The notes beneath the pieces were generated by a model. The model did no database searches, was not told the DNA's origin, and saw only the letters and a program-made list of their open reading frames with translations. The position numbers were made by a program, and so were the translations under genes. Shown piece by piece: positions 35,957 through 47,920 of a stretch of 64,000 nucleotides of DNA. The stretch covers positions 591 through 64,590 of the forward strand of contig NW_021824847.1 in the NCBI RefSeq assembly GCF_006345805.1, written 5' to 3'. The stretch's first letter is position 1. Each line of letters begins with the position of its first letter. The stretch comes from Octopus sinensis. Its lineage: Eukaryota.

Positions 35957-36868
35957 TTAAGAAGAATTGGCAGATAATAAGGAATGGTTAAAGCAGAGGT
36001 TCCCACCCAAGGTCCATAGAGCCCTGAGGGGGGTCTACATAAGATTTTATAGTTACTCTTTTACTCTTTTACTTGTTTCAGTCATTTAACTGAAGCCATG
36101 CTGGAGCACCGCCTTTAGTCAATCGAGCAAATTGACCCCAGGACTTATTCCTTTTAAGAAGAATTGGCAGATAATAAGGAATGGTTAAAGCAGAGGTTCC
36201 CACCCAAGGTCCATAGAGCCCTGGGGGGGGGTCTACATAAGATTTAATAGTTACTCTTTTACTCTTTTACTTGTTTCAGTCATTTGACTGAGGCCATGCT
36301 GGAGCACCGCCTTTAGTCAATCGAGCAAACTGACCCCAGGACTTATTCCTTTTAAGAAGAATTGGCAGATAATAAGGAATGGTTAAAGCAGAGGTTCTTA
36401 CCCAGGGTCCATAGAGCCCTGGGGGTGGGGTCTAACATAAGATTTTATAGTTACTCTTTTACTCTTTTACTTGTTTCAGTCATTTGACTGTGGCCATGCT
36501 GGAGCACCGCCTTTAGTCAATGGAGCAAACTGACCCCAGGACTTATTCTTTTTAAGAAGAATTGGTAGATAATAAGGAATGGTTAAAGCAGGGGTTCTCA
36601 CCCAGGGTCCATAGAGCCCTGGGGGTGGGGTCTAACACAAGATTTTATAGTTACTCTTTTACTCTTTTACTTGTTTCAGTCATTTGAATGCGGCCATGCT
36701 GGAGCACCGCCTTTAGTCAAGCAAATTGACCCCAGGACTTATTCTTTGTAAGCCTAATATTTATTCTATCAGTCTCTTTTGCCGAACCGCTAAGTTATGG
36801 GGACGTAAAAACACCAGCATCGGTTGTCAAGCGATGTTGAGGGGACAAACACAGACACACAAACACAT

Positions 36869-36909
<41 letters not shown>

Positions 36910-36965
36910 TATATATATATACATATATACGACAGGCTTCTTTCAGTTTCCGTCTACCAAATCCA
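35957..36965. repeat. Four tandem 197-200-bp units built from a SINE A tail plus flank
   Basis: gaagaattgg at 35961, 36158, 36356 and 36556; the last unit continues into the rest of the SINE. Confidence 0.92.
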
Positions 36966-37361
36966 TTCTCAAGGCTCCAGCATGGCCACAGTCACATGAC
37001 TGAAACAAGAGTAAAAGAGATGAGTAATAAGGAAATGATGTGGGAGTGTGGGGGAGAGAAGAGATGGACGGTGACAGCAATGGAGATCCAGAGGCATACA
37101 TAAGGGAGGAAGGGCATCGATGGCAGATATGAGAGGGTTTTTCAGGGTAAAGAAGCATTCTGAAGTAGTGAGGGATGATATTGAGAGTATAGAATGGGTG
37201 TTAAAGGAAGTGGCTCCAAAACAAGGGATAACTGGTAACATGAAAATGGGGATGGAATATGTGCAGTTCTGCTTTCATATACCATATTTTAATGTGTATA
37301 ATGAATCCCCTAATTTTGGTGGGTCTTAAAATCTGGAAAGAAAGGTTTTGACAGAAAAGGA

Positions 37362-37737
37362 GGATCTTTTCGGTTTGATCGGCAGTTTTTAACATAATTT
37401 CCATGTAACTAAAGTATTTTAAACTTCGTATACTGGTAGAATGTGTTTATAAAACATCTTTTTCTCTTGGCTTTATTGAGAAAATTCTATAGTTTGTAAG
37501 ATATGACGTCCATTGAGGTAAAAAAAACATTCTGTGCCGTATGAATATGTCCCTCGTTTAAGAAACAGATTGGGTTTATTTATATTTCTTAAGAAAAAAA
37601 AGATACCCTTCCCCCCACCCCTAACCCTCACCCTAAAACAGATTGAAATGCAATAGATCGATACTAGGGTCATAATTATGGGTGACAATTTCATATGACA
37701 CCACTAGAAAAAACTGCTGTTCAAACTGAAAAGATCC
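37362..37737. mobile_element. GGATC MITE
   Basis: TSD gaaaagga / aaaaaggg; empty site present at about 39103-39125. Confidence 0.85.
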
Positions 37738-37752
37738 AAAAAGGGTTCCTTA

Positions 37753-38150
37753 TCTTTATATATAAAAGTAAGGTTGTGTGTCTGTCTCCTCCGATTTAGA
37801 TTCCTAACAACTCCCACATTTTGCGGTGCAGTTTAACCAAAACCGGTATCTTATAGTCGTGATTCATATCGAGCCCTTCTGGGTATTAGCACGCATCTAC
37901 AATGAGTCTATGATTTAAAAAAAAATTTACCATCATTTTTTTCCATTTTAATGCATTTTTTCGCTATTATATAAGGGAAGTAACTCTCTAAAAATGTCTA
38001 TGATGAGTCAACGATTTAAAAAAAAATTTACCATCATTTTTTTTTCCATTTTTAATGCATTTTTTTGTTATCTTTTGACTATAACTCTCTAAAAATGCTT
38101 ATATAGTTATTTCCCTTGCAAACCCGAGCAACGCCGGGTGATACTGCTGG
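37753..38150 (+). mobile_element. Helitron-like element, same family
   Basis: TC...CTGG; the empty site at about 39090-39110 shows A|T insertion with no TSD. Confidence 0.85.
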
Positions 38151-38162
38151 TATATGTTAAAA

Positions 38163-38385
38163 TAGAAGGTATTCAAAAGTCTCCATACATAGGAACAATT
38201 TATTTTTTTTATGAGAAACAGTTTATAAGAATAGTTTTTTTCAAAAAATTTAACAAGCTCTATATTGTTACCATTGTTTTGAATACACATTGCAATACGT
38301 TACCCCACTCATTGTGAACTCGTAATAGCACATCTGGTAATACCTGTTGTCATTGATATATGGAGACCTTTGAATCACCCTGTAC
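38163..38385. mobile_element. Small Tc1/mariner-type MITE
   Basis: Imperfect TIR gtattcaaaagtctccata / tatggagacctttgaatcaccctgta. Confidence 0.5.
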
Positions 38386-38570
38386 ACTAATTATTGCACC
38401 TATGAAAGAGAAACAATCTTCTAAGTGCTCTTAGTATTTACCAATCTTGCATATCTTCCATAAAGTCTACTTTCTCTATTAATATTCCCGTGATTCCACT
38501 GAGCTTCTTATGGGTCTACAGTTTGCACCAGACACCACCATACATAATTATTTTCAACACCCCTACATAC

Positions 38571-38963
38571 AGGCGCAGGAGTGGCTGTGTGGTAAGTAGC
38601 TTGTTTACCAACCACATGGTTCCAAGTTCAGTCCCACTGCGTGGCACCTTGGGCAAGTGTCTTCTACTATAGCCTTGTGAGTGGATTTGGTAGACGGAAA
38701 CTGAAAGAAGCCTGTCGTATATATGTATATATATGTATGTGTGTGTATAAGTTTGTGTGTCTGTGTTTGTTCCCCTAGCATTGCTTGACTACCGATGCTG
38801 GGGTGTTTATGTCCCCGTTACTTAGCGGTTCGGCAAAAGAGACCGATAGAATAAGTACTGGGCTTACAAAAGAATAAGTCCCAGGGTCGAGTTGCTCGAT
38901 TAAAGGTGGTGCTCCAGCATGGCCACAGTCAAATGACTGAAACAAGTAAAACAGTAAAGAGAG
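38571..38963 (+). mobile_element. SINE A, full length
   Basis: Consensus. Confidence 0.9.
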
Positions 38964-39369
38964 AGTATAGAACAGGACCATTTTCATGACAAGATTAGTG
39001 GTTTGCCTGTTTTCCTGCTTATAATAACTTTGGTTTTTACTAAGACAACTTTCAGGCCCTTTTTCAGGCGACTTTTGAACACCTTCTATTTTAACATATA
39101 TAAGGAACCCTTTTCTGTCAAAACCTTTCTTTCCAGATTTTCAGCCCCCAAAATTAGGGGATTCATTATACACGTTAAAGTATGGTATATGAAAGCAGAA
39201 CCTGAAATTTCTTTTCTAATTGTATTACAGATTCAGCTATAAGAACAAAGTTATCAGCATAGTGCGGCTCCCATAGACAACCAGTTTTAAACTCCTTTGT
39301 TATGGCCCGGAGGACAATGATAAACAGGAAGGCGTTGGGAGCTGTGTCCTGGTGAAATTCTACCTTCAT

Positions 39370-39675
39370 GCTAAGAGCACCATCCGAGTGTGATCGTTAC
39401 CAACGTCGCCTTACTGGCACCTGTGCCGGTGGCATGTGTAAAAAGATTTGAGCGAGGTCATTGCCAGTACCGCCTAACTGGCCCTCGTGCCGGTGACACG
39501 TAAAAAGTACCCACTATACTCTCGGAGTGGTTGGCGTTAGGAAGAGCATCCAGCTGTAGAAACTCTGCCAAATCAAGATTGGAGCCTGGTGCAGCCATCT
39601 GGTTCGCCAGCCCTCAGTCAAAATCGTCCAACCCATGCTAGCATGGAAAGCAGACGTTAAACAATGATGATGATG
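39370..39675 (+). mobile_element. RTE family D 3' UTR
   Basis: Same consensus with (GAT)n tail. Confidence 0.8.
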
Positions 39676-39969
39676 CTAGTTTGTTGTGTACTCATTGCTA
39701 ATTCTCTCCTTACTGACCACATCCCTGCATATGGCTCGGACAGCTCTTACCAGCCATTGACCTATTTCTAGCTCTTGCACTGTCCACCAGATCAGGGAGC
39801 AAGGGGCCTTGTTGAAGGCTTTCTCCAGGATGATGGAAACTAAATATAGTGGCTAAATATTTCTGTGGTTACCTTACTAGGAAGACATCATGAGCAGTGT
39901 CTCCCTGGCACAAAAACCAAACTGCATCTCACCTAAGTTAATTCTCTTTCCTAATTAATTCATATCAAC

Positions 39970-40300
39970 TCATGGCTCAGTGGTTACAGCGTCAAACTTA
40001 CAATCGTGAAGTTGTGAGTTCAAATCCCAGACCAGGCTGTGTGTTGTGTTCTCAAGCAAGATACTTTATTTCACGTTGCTCCAGTTCACTCACCTGTAGA
40101 AATGAGTTGCGACGTCACAGGTGCCAAGCTGTATCGGCCCTTTTGCCTTTCCCTTGGATAACATCGGTGGCGTGGAGAGGCAAGGCTAGTGTGCATGGGC
40201 AACTGTTGGTCTTCCATAAACAACCTTGCCCGGACTTGTGCCTTGGAGGGTAACTTTCTAGGTGCAATCCCATGGTCAGTCATGACCGAAGGGGGTCTCA
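39970..40300 (+). mobile_element. tRNA-type SINE with CORE-like central domain (family E)
   Basis: ggctcagtggtta.. A box, gagttcaaatccc B box, then caagatactttatttcacgttgctccagttcactcacctgtagaaatg. Confidence 0.55.
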
Positions 40301-40639
40301 GCTCAGCTCAGCTATTATCACACCCACTCAATTAAGGGGTCTTTATTGTGTTGTGAGTAAATTGGTGACCTCCCCGGGACTGCTGATGTCATGCAAAAAG
40401 CACCCAGTAAAATGAAAGTCCTTAGGAAAAGTATTGAGCCCTTGAAAACATGCCAACACAGACATTGGAGCTAAACACAGTCTTTCAGAGCATCAAATCC
40501 TATCAAACTGTCCAAAACGCTGCCAACATGGAAGTCAGATGTTCAATGATGATGACAGTGGTGATGATGAAGTTTGTGTGTATCTAAACATATATATATA
40601 TGGAAATTGTAATTAAGATACCCATGCTGGTGACACCAA

Positions 40640-40795
40640 TCGGAGTGGTTGGCATTAGGAAGGGCATCCAGCTGTAGAAACATTGCCAGATCAGACTGGG
40701 CCTGGTGCAGTCTCCTGACTTCCCAGACCCCGGTCGAACTGTCAAACCCATGCTAGCATGGAAACGGACGTTAAACGATGATGATGATGATATAT
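40640..40795 (+). mobile_element. RTE family D 3' tail
   Basis: Short 5'-truncated copy with (GAT)n tail. Confidence 0.75.
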
Positions 40796-40819
40796 ATATA
40801 TATATATGTTGGGCCTAAG

Positions 40820-41655
40820 AGGCATCAGATGTTGTGTGCAAGAGAGACTTTTGCGCTGGTATGGTCATGTGGCGAGAATGGACGAAGATAGGTGTGTGAA
40901 AAAGTGCCACACCCTGGCAGTTGAGGGGACCTGTGGAAGAGGTAACCCAGGAAAACCTGGGTCGAGGTGGTGAACACGACCTTCGAACTCTAGGTCTCAC
41001 CAGGAAATGCTGACCTATGGAAGTATGCTGTGCGTGAGAAGACCCGGCAAGACCAGTGAGAACAATCGTCCGCTGCCAGCCTCGTCTGGCACCTGTGTCG
41101 GTGATACGTAAAAGCTCCATTCACTCGTGGCCGTTTGCCAGCTCTGTCTGGCCCCTGTGTCGGTGGCATGTAAAAGCACCATCCGTATGTGTTCGTTGCC
41201 AGCCTCGGCTGGCCCCCGTGCCGGTGACATGTAAAAGCACCGTCCATTCGTGGCCGTTTACCAGCTCTGTCTGGCCCCGTGCCGGTGACACGTAAAAGCA
41301 CCATCCGCTCGTGTGCGTTGCCAGCCTCGGCTGGCCCCCGTGCCGGTGACACGTGAAAGCACCATCCGTTCGTGTTCGTTGCCAGCCTCGGCTGGCCCCC
41401 GTGCCGGTGACACGTAAAAGCACCATCCGTTCATGGCCGTTGTGCCAGCTCTGTCTGCAACCTGCAGGTGGCACGTAAAAAACACCCACGACACTCGCGG
41501 AGTGGTTGGCGTTAGGAAGGGCATCCAGCCGTAGAACACTGCCAAATCACTGGGCCTGATGAAGCCTTCCGGCTTCACAGACCCCAGTTAAACCGTCCAA
41601 CCCATGCTAGCATGGAAAACGGACGCTAAATGATGATGATGATGATGATGATACA
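40820..41655 (+). mobile_element. RTE LINE 3' ORF end plus long 3' UTR with internal tandem repeats and (GAT)n tail (family D)
   Basis: WYGHVARMDEDRCVKKCHTL..GTCGRG..RKTW; repeated gccggtgacacgtaaaagcacc units; ends atgatgatg. Confidence 0.85.
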
Positions 41656-41694
41656 CATACACACACATACAACTCTCTCTCTCTATATATAGTG

Positions 41695-42259
41695 CATCCA
41701 GCTGTAGAAACTATGCCAAGTCAAGATTGGAGCCTGGTGCAGCCATCTGGTTTGCCAGCTCCCAGGCAAAATCGTCCAACCTATGCTAGCATGGAAAGCG
41801 GACGTTAAACGATGATGATGATGATATATATATATATATACACACACACACTTTTGTGTAGATTGTTTATCCACAAAATGCTGTGTCCAGCACTCATTCT
41901 TACTGTGTATATATAATATATATATATATATATATATGGAATTTGTAGTTGTGGTACCAGTGCCGGTGATACATAAGAGAACCATCCGAACGTGGCCGTT
42001 GCCAGCACCGCATCGACTGGCCTCCGTGCCGGAGGCACGTAAAAAGCACCATCCGAGCATGGCCGTTCGCCAGCCTCATCTGGCACCTGTGTCGGTGGCA
42101 CATAAAAAGCACCCACTACACTCACGGAGTGGTTGGCGTTAGGAAGGGCATCCAGCTGTAGAAACACCGCCAGATATGACTGGGCCTGGTGGAGCCTTCG
42201 GGCTTCCCAGACCCCAGTTGAACCGGAAAAGCATGGAAAGCGGACGTTAAACGATGATG

Positions 42260-42262
<3 letters not shown>
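41695..42262 (+). mobile_element. Two further RTE family D 3' UTR copies (41695-41825, 41950-42262)
   Basis: Same consensus and tails. Confidence 0.75.
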
Positions 42263-42298
<36 letters not shown>

Positions 42299-42554
42299 TA
42301 TATATAAGTAGGTATGTTGATAGATAGATACATACATATACATAGAAAGAGAGAGAGAGTAGGTTTGCAAATGTGAGAGGGATATAAGGGATTCATACAT
42401 AAGCGTGTTCTCATACATTACAGAGATTTCAATGACAGTTTGAGTTCCAAGTTTTGCGATCGCAGAGCGAGAAAGTCGAGTAATGGTTAACATTACTTTC
42501 TATTACTCTCTCTCTCTCCATGTGTCTGTCTGTCTCCGTACACACACACACATA

Positions 42555-42615
<61 letters not shown>

Positions 42616-43391
42616 ATCTTACCATTAACTTATAATTGTGGAATTTTATGCATGATATTATTATATCGCTGTAATCTATAAGATATATATTATCGTTGGA
42701 TTCGACCCCCCAAACAAGCAATCAAATGTGATGACACATGCAGTGATGTCTACACGCATAGCATTCGTAGGATGTCGTATTTATGGTTATACATAATTTA
42801 TAAACACACTGGGTGGTTCTGATTTCCAGAGTCATCAGTTTTTCATCCACAGACTTAACTGATTAATTATAATAGCTAGCTAGGCCTTGAAACAAAATGC
42901 GCAGATCGCATTATATCTTGTATGTTTTGTAATAAAGAGGAAAATAAATGCCTTAGCTAGACAGATAAGCAAAGAGCTAAGTGAGCAAGTGATAAATAAT
43001 ATATTTGTTTTCTCTGCTCACTCCCGCCTTCTGCAATGTAAGCTAGCCATAGCTCCCCGTCTCCGCCCTCATCGCTATAGCAATTGCCGCAGAACCAAGG
43101 GACGTAACTCAAGATTGCTTACCTTTTTTTTGGTTCTTTTTCTTTTTCTTTTTTTTTTCTCCTAATGTCTCCACAGCAGCAATATAAATATATAAACAAG
43201 AGGAATGGGGGACGGAATGGATAGGAATATACCAGAATAGGAGAATAGGAATAGCGGAATGAAGTGAGAATTATTATTTTCCTTAGCAGGTGCTGTCTAC
43301 TAAAGTGTTGCGAACAATAGCAACATACATACACGCACGCACCTACGTGTCTTTATACGCACATGTATAATATACATTCACACACACACAC

Positions 43392-43465
<74 letters not shown>

Positions 43466-44169
43466 GTGCATACATGCAGCTACTTAAACGTTTACACAAA
43501 AACATATTACAAAACAAAACATAAATAAAAAATAGTCTTCCAACTAATCTCAATACTTCGTCTTTGTAGCTTTGTAGGGGGTGGGGGGAAAGGGTACATA
43601 ATCGGTCGAAGTGACCGCAGTTTCTTACTGGTATTTATTTTATTTATCCCCAAAACACTGAAGAATGAATTAGTTAAAGTAAAAACGACAACAGATTTTG
43701 AAATCAGCGCAATGAGTCAGTCCGCCCATTTCTAATAATATCAATGTCTTAATTGTTTTTTTTAATTAGGCAGCAAAACCCCCCCAGAATTTATAATGCA
43801 AGGGGGGATGAGTTTGTATGAGGTGTGTGACATTTACAACATTAGTTATATTAAATTAAGAGATCCACCAGAAATCGAAACCGTGTTCGTAGAATTCGGG
43901 AACTAACGTAAACGATAATGTTTCCTCTCTGCCAAAACCTCCAAAATTTACAAGGGAGAAGAATGAAATTTTTCAACTTTCAGTTCTTTTTTAAAAGAGA
44001 TAATAGCGACAGAAGCGAAATAGCTACAATCAAATCACAAACTCAGTTTGTTTAAAAAAAAAAAAAAGAATGCTATATTAATTGATCATAATTAAAAAAA
44101 AAAAAAAACCCGGCTCCGGGAGAACTAATTGGATGTATGTATACAGGTCGGATTGGTTTTGGTACTTAC

Positions 44170-44323
44170 AAATAAGAATCAAGGAGTGTTGAGATGTGAT
44201 GAAGCTGTGCATGCTGTTTGGCGTGACATCTTCGATAATTCGAAGGCCTTCTCGAGATGCAATGGTTCGGAATAGCGTGGAAAATGCCAGGAGTAACGTT
44301 GGCCAGCCTAAGTAGGTTGCCAT
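44170..44323 (-). CDS. Exon 1 of a tandem thioredoxin-fold type I membrane protein (signal peptide plus start of Trx domain 1)
   Basis: aacATGG start; MATYLGWPTLLLAFSTLFRTIASREGLRIIEDVTPNSMHSFITSQHSLILI; donor t|gtaagt; 154 nt, ends phase 1, t+ac=Tyr with exon 2. Confidence 0.85.
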
Positions 44324-44560
44324 GTTGTAAAAGACCGAGTATTCACAAGAGACTCGACACCGGTAGACAGACAGCAGACGTGACACCGGTGCACGGAAAG
44401 GAGGCGGCAGCGACTATCATAAATAACAACAATAGTAGCAGCAGCAGCAGCAGTAGAAACAGTACTAGCAGTAGTAGTAGTCGCAGTAGCAGTAGCGGTG
44501 ACGTACCTGATCTGTCGTAATAATGTCCCCTTCATCGATTCAATTAATCATCGCTTATCG
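44324..44560 (-). promoter_or_regulatory. Probable 5' UTR / proximal promoter of the thioredoxin-fold gene
   Basis: Unique, CpG-richer sequence directly upstream of the ATG, with short trinucleotide runs; TSS not determined. Confidence 0.35.
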
Positions 44561-44789
44561 AACTTCCAGTGTCCTCTCTCTCTTCCCCCCCCCCCTTTTT
44601 CATGCGCATTCCATCAATAAATAAATAAAATTGTCAGCTCAGACGAGATTGACGCAGTTTTGTGGGAAGCAAAAACGGCAACACGCAGACAGAAATGTCT
44701 TGTTGACAGGGATTGACACAAAAGGTAGACACACACTGTTTGTTGTTGCTGCTGTTTAGCCCCAGGTCAGTCCTGACTGAGTCGACCTA

Positions 44790-45884
44790 GGATCTTTTCT
44801 GTTTGAACGGCAGTTTTTTCTAGCGGTTTACACGTAACTAAACACTTTTAAACTTCGTATACTGGTAGAATGTGTTTATAAAACATCTTTTTCTCTTGGC
44901 TTTATTGAGAAAATTCTATAGTTTGTAAGATATTTGTTGTTTTTTTTTTTCTGCAATTTCAACAAATCAATGGCGTCTATTGAGGTGAAAACATTCTATG
45001 CCGTTTAAGAAACAGATTGGGTTTATTTACATTTGTGAAGAAAAAAGTGATCTTTTCGGTTTGACCGGCAGTTTTTAAAAATGATTTCCACGTAACTTAA
45101 ACACTTTTAAACTTCGTATACTAGTAGAATGTGTTTACAAAACATCTTTTTCTCTTGGCTTTATTGAGAAAATTCTATAGTTTGTAAGATATTTGTTGGT
45201 TTGTTTTTTTCTTCAATTTCTGCAATTTCAACCAATCAATGGCGTCTATTGAGGTGAAAACATTCTATGCCGTTTAAGAAACAGATTGGGTTTATTTACA
45301 TTTGTGAAGAAAAAAGTGATCTTTTCGTTTTGAACGGCAGTTTTTTCTAGCGGTATTATATGAAATTGTCACCTATAATTATGACCCTAGTATCGATCTA
45401 TTGCATTTCAATCTGTTTTAGGATTAGGGTTAGGGGTGGGGGGAAGAGTATCTTTTTTTCGGATCTTTTCGGTTTGAACGGCAGTTTTTAAAAATAATTT
45501 CCACGTAACTAAACACTTTTAAACTTCGTATACTGGTAGAATGTGTTTATAAAACATATTTTTCTCTTGGCTTTATTGAGAAAATTCTATGGTTTGTAAG
45601 ATATTTGTTTTTTTGTTTTTTTTCCCATTTCTGCAATTTCAACCAATCAGTGGCGTCTATTGGGGTGAAAACATTCTATGCCGTATGAATATGTCTCTCG
45701 TTTAAGAAACACATTGGGTTTATTTACATTTCTGAAGAAAGAAAGATACCCTTCCCCCCACCCCTAACCAACCCTAACCCTAAAACAGATTGAAATGCAA
45801 TAGATCGATACTAGGGTCATAATTATAGGTGACATTTTCATATGACACCGCTAGAAAAAACTGCCGTTCAAACGGAAAAGATCC
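44790..45884. mobile_element. Composite GGATC MITE (four pieces)
   Basis: Outer TSD tcgaccta / tagaccta; internal TIR restarts at about 45048, 45317 and 45461. Confidence 0.85.
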
Positions 45885-46019
45885 TAGACCTATACTGAGA
45901 GACATTACAACCGAGAACATCCACTTTGTATATCTAGCATTGCATTGTTCAATATGTCCTTCCTGTTTTGTGGTACCAAAAGGCGGTGGGGTGGGGGTGT
46001 TATTATTCTTTTTTTTTTC

Positions 46020-46418
46020 CTTTTACATGTTTCAGTCATTTGACTGCGGCCATGCTGGAGCACCGCCTTTAGTCGAGCAAATCGACCCTAGGACTTATTC
46101 TTGTGTAAGCCCAGTACTTATTCTATCGGTCTGTTTTGCCGAACCGCTAAGTGACGGGGACGTAAACACACCAGCATCGGTTGTCAAGCAATGCTAGGGG
46201 GACAAACACAGACACACAAACACACACATACATACATATATATATACATATATACGACAGGCTTCTTTCAGTTTCCGTCTACCAAATCCACTCACAAGGC
46301 ATTGGTCGGCCCGGGGCTATAACAGAAGACACTTGCCCAAGATGCCACGCAGTGGGGATGAACCCGGAACCATGTGGTTGGTTAGCAAGCTACTTACCAC
46401 ACAGCCACTCCTGCGCCT
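46020..46418 (-). mobile_element. SINE A, full length
   Basis: Reverse consensus. Confidence 0.9.
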
Positions 46419-46803
46419 ATGCTACTTTTTCCAGCAGATCGAGCGATCGCATGCATCTTTCTCGATGTATTCCGGCGTAGCTGTTCTTTCGCTTCAGACC
46501 AGCCCTGACCGAGCAATCCCAAGACTAAGGCATTCCCGTTTTATTTAAGAGTATGTAGAACTACATTATCTAATGTGTTCTTTCATTATGATTTCAAGGA
46601 GATTTGGCTGCAATTTCTAGCACACTGGACGACTATTTAGAGGCTTATTCTTTCATCCAACTGTTCTGCGATCCAAGACGATCCATTTGTGACTGTCTTT
46701 TACTCAGACATGGTGTAACTATGACTTCATCATCATCCCTTGTGTTTTTATTTTTAAAAATTTTATGGTGGTTTGGCGTAATTTAAGGGTGAGTTCACAG
46801 TTA

Positions 46804-47234
46804 GGATCTTTTCGGTTTGAACGGCAGTTTTTTAAAATAATTTCCACGTAACTAAACACTTTTAAACTTCGTATACTGGTAGAATGTGTTTATAAAACAT
46901 CTTTTTCTCTTGGCTTTATTGAGAAAATTCTATAGTTTGTAAGATATTTGTTGTTTTTTTTTCTTCAATTTCTGCAATTTCAACCAATCAATGACCGTCT
47001 ATTGAGGTGAAAACATTCTGTGCCGTATGAAAATGCTCCTCGTTTAAGAAACAGATTGGGTTTATTTACATTTCTGAAGAAAAAAATATACCCTTCCCCC
47101 CACCCCTAACCCTAACTCTAACCATAACCCTAAAATAGATTGAAATGCAATAGATCGATACTAGGGTCATAATTATGGGTAACTATTTCATATGACACCG
47201 CTAGAAAAAACTGCCGTTCAAACCGAAGTGATCC
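46804..47234. mobile_element. GGATC MITE
   Basis: TSD cacagtta / ctcagtta. Confidence 0.85.
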
Positions 47235-47319
47235 CTCAGTTATTCCTGGCCAAGTTTTTGATAGGGGTTTCGAGTGAGATTATCTAGATAGGAAAAGGGA
47301 GGACAAATCGTTAGGTTTA

Positions 47320-47780
47320 ATTAAACATGAACGTTTTCGAAATTTCTAAATTTGTTCAAATCGTAGCAAACAATATGTCTGTAGAGTTGTCTCCATTGCT
47401 TTAATGCAATAGTCGGTGCATAAACGACGATAACATTTTCACTAGTTTTATACCCCGAACAATAACATGCAGTTCGACGATATATATGTAGTGGATCTTG
47501 CAAACATGAAGTGGATTCGATCCACCATAGCCAAATTTAAACTCTGCAACAGAACTTTTCCCACAGTGGAACAATGGTTTTTCTTTGACAGCAGTTTTAC
47601 ATTTTCCAGATGCCTTTAGCTAGGCCGAAATAATGTCTTCGCCACTTGACCCACCCTTTCTAACTCCTTATACTTTACCAAAAGCTAGAATAGAGATAAC
47701 AAGATCACCAACTAAATCTATTGTTCTCAATGACATGTCTATCCTTCTGGATAGTTATAAAAGCAAGAACACCCCAAGCA
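47320..47780 (-). mobile_element. Old LINE endonuclease remnant
   Basis: NVIVVYAPT motif in a short ORF; the rest is highly degenerate. Confidence 0.35.
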
Positions 47781-47789
47781 AAAATCAGT

Positions 47790-47920
47790 CGCTGACGACT
47801 CGAGTCCAGTTACATGGTGACGACTCAACCAGGTAGTCACTTGGCGACAACGGAGTGAGGTGGCTCGTGACGACTCAACCAGTTACTAACTTCGGTGACA
47901 ACGAAGTCTGGCTGACCAGT
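47790..47920 (+). repeat. Short 49-bp tandem with gtgacgactcaaccag motifs
   Basis: Motif at about 47818 and 47867, partial at 47794; may be a subterminal repeat of a DNA transposon. Confidence 0.5.

Noticed and set aside
38440-38515. Possible minus-strand exon THKKLSGITGILIEKVDF
   Set aside because: Phase 0-2 is incompatible with the phase-1 intron; the gene model is already complete
41550-41585. CTGATGA with a following hairpin (hammerhead candidate)
   Set aside because: No GAAA after helix II; it is a point variant of the RTE UTR consensus
42728-42822. C/D snoRNA-like GTGATGA...CTGA
   Set aside because: Wrong strand for an intronic snoRNA; only a 3-bp A-T stem
43117-43334. Minus-strand ORF with hydrophobic stretch and GTAAGC donor in intron 1
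   Set aside because: No ATG or clear acceptor; the open frame ends in phase 2 and does not fit exon 2
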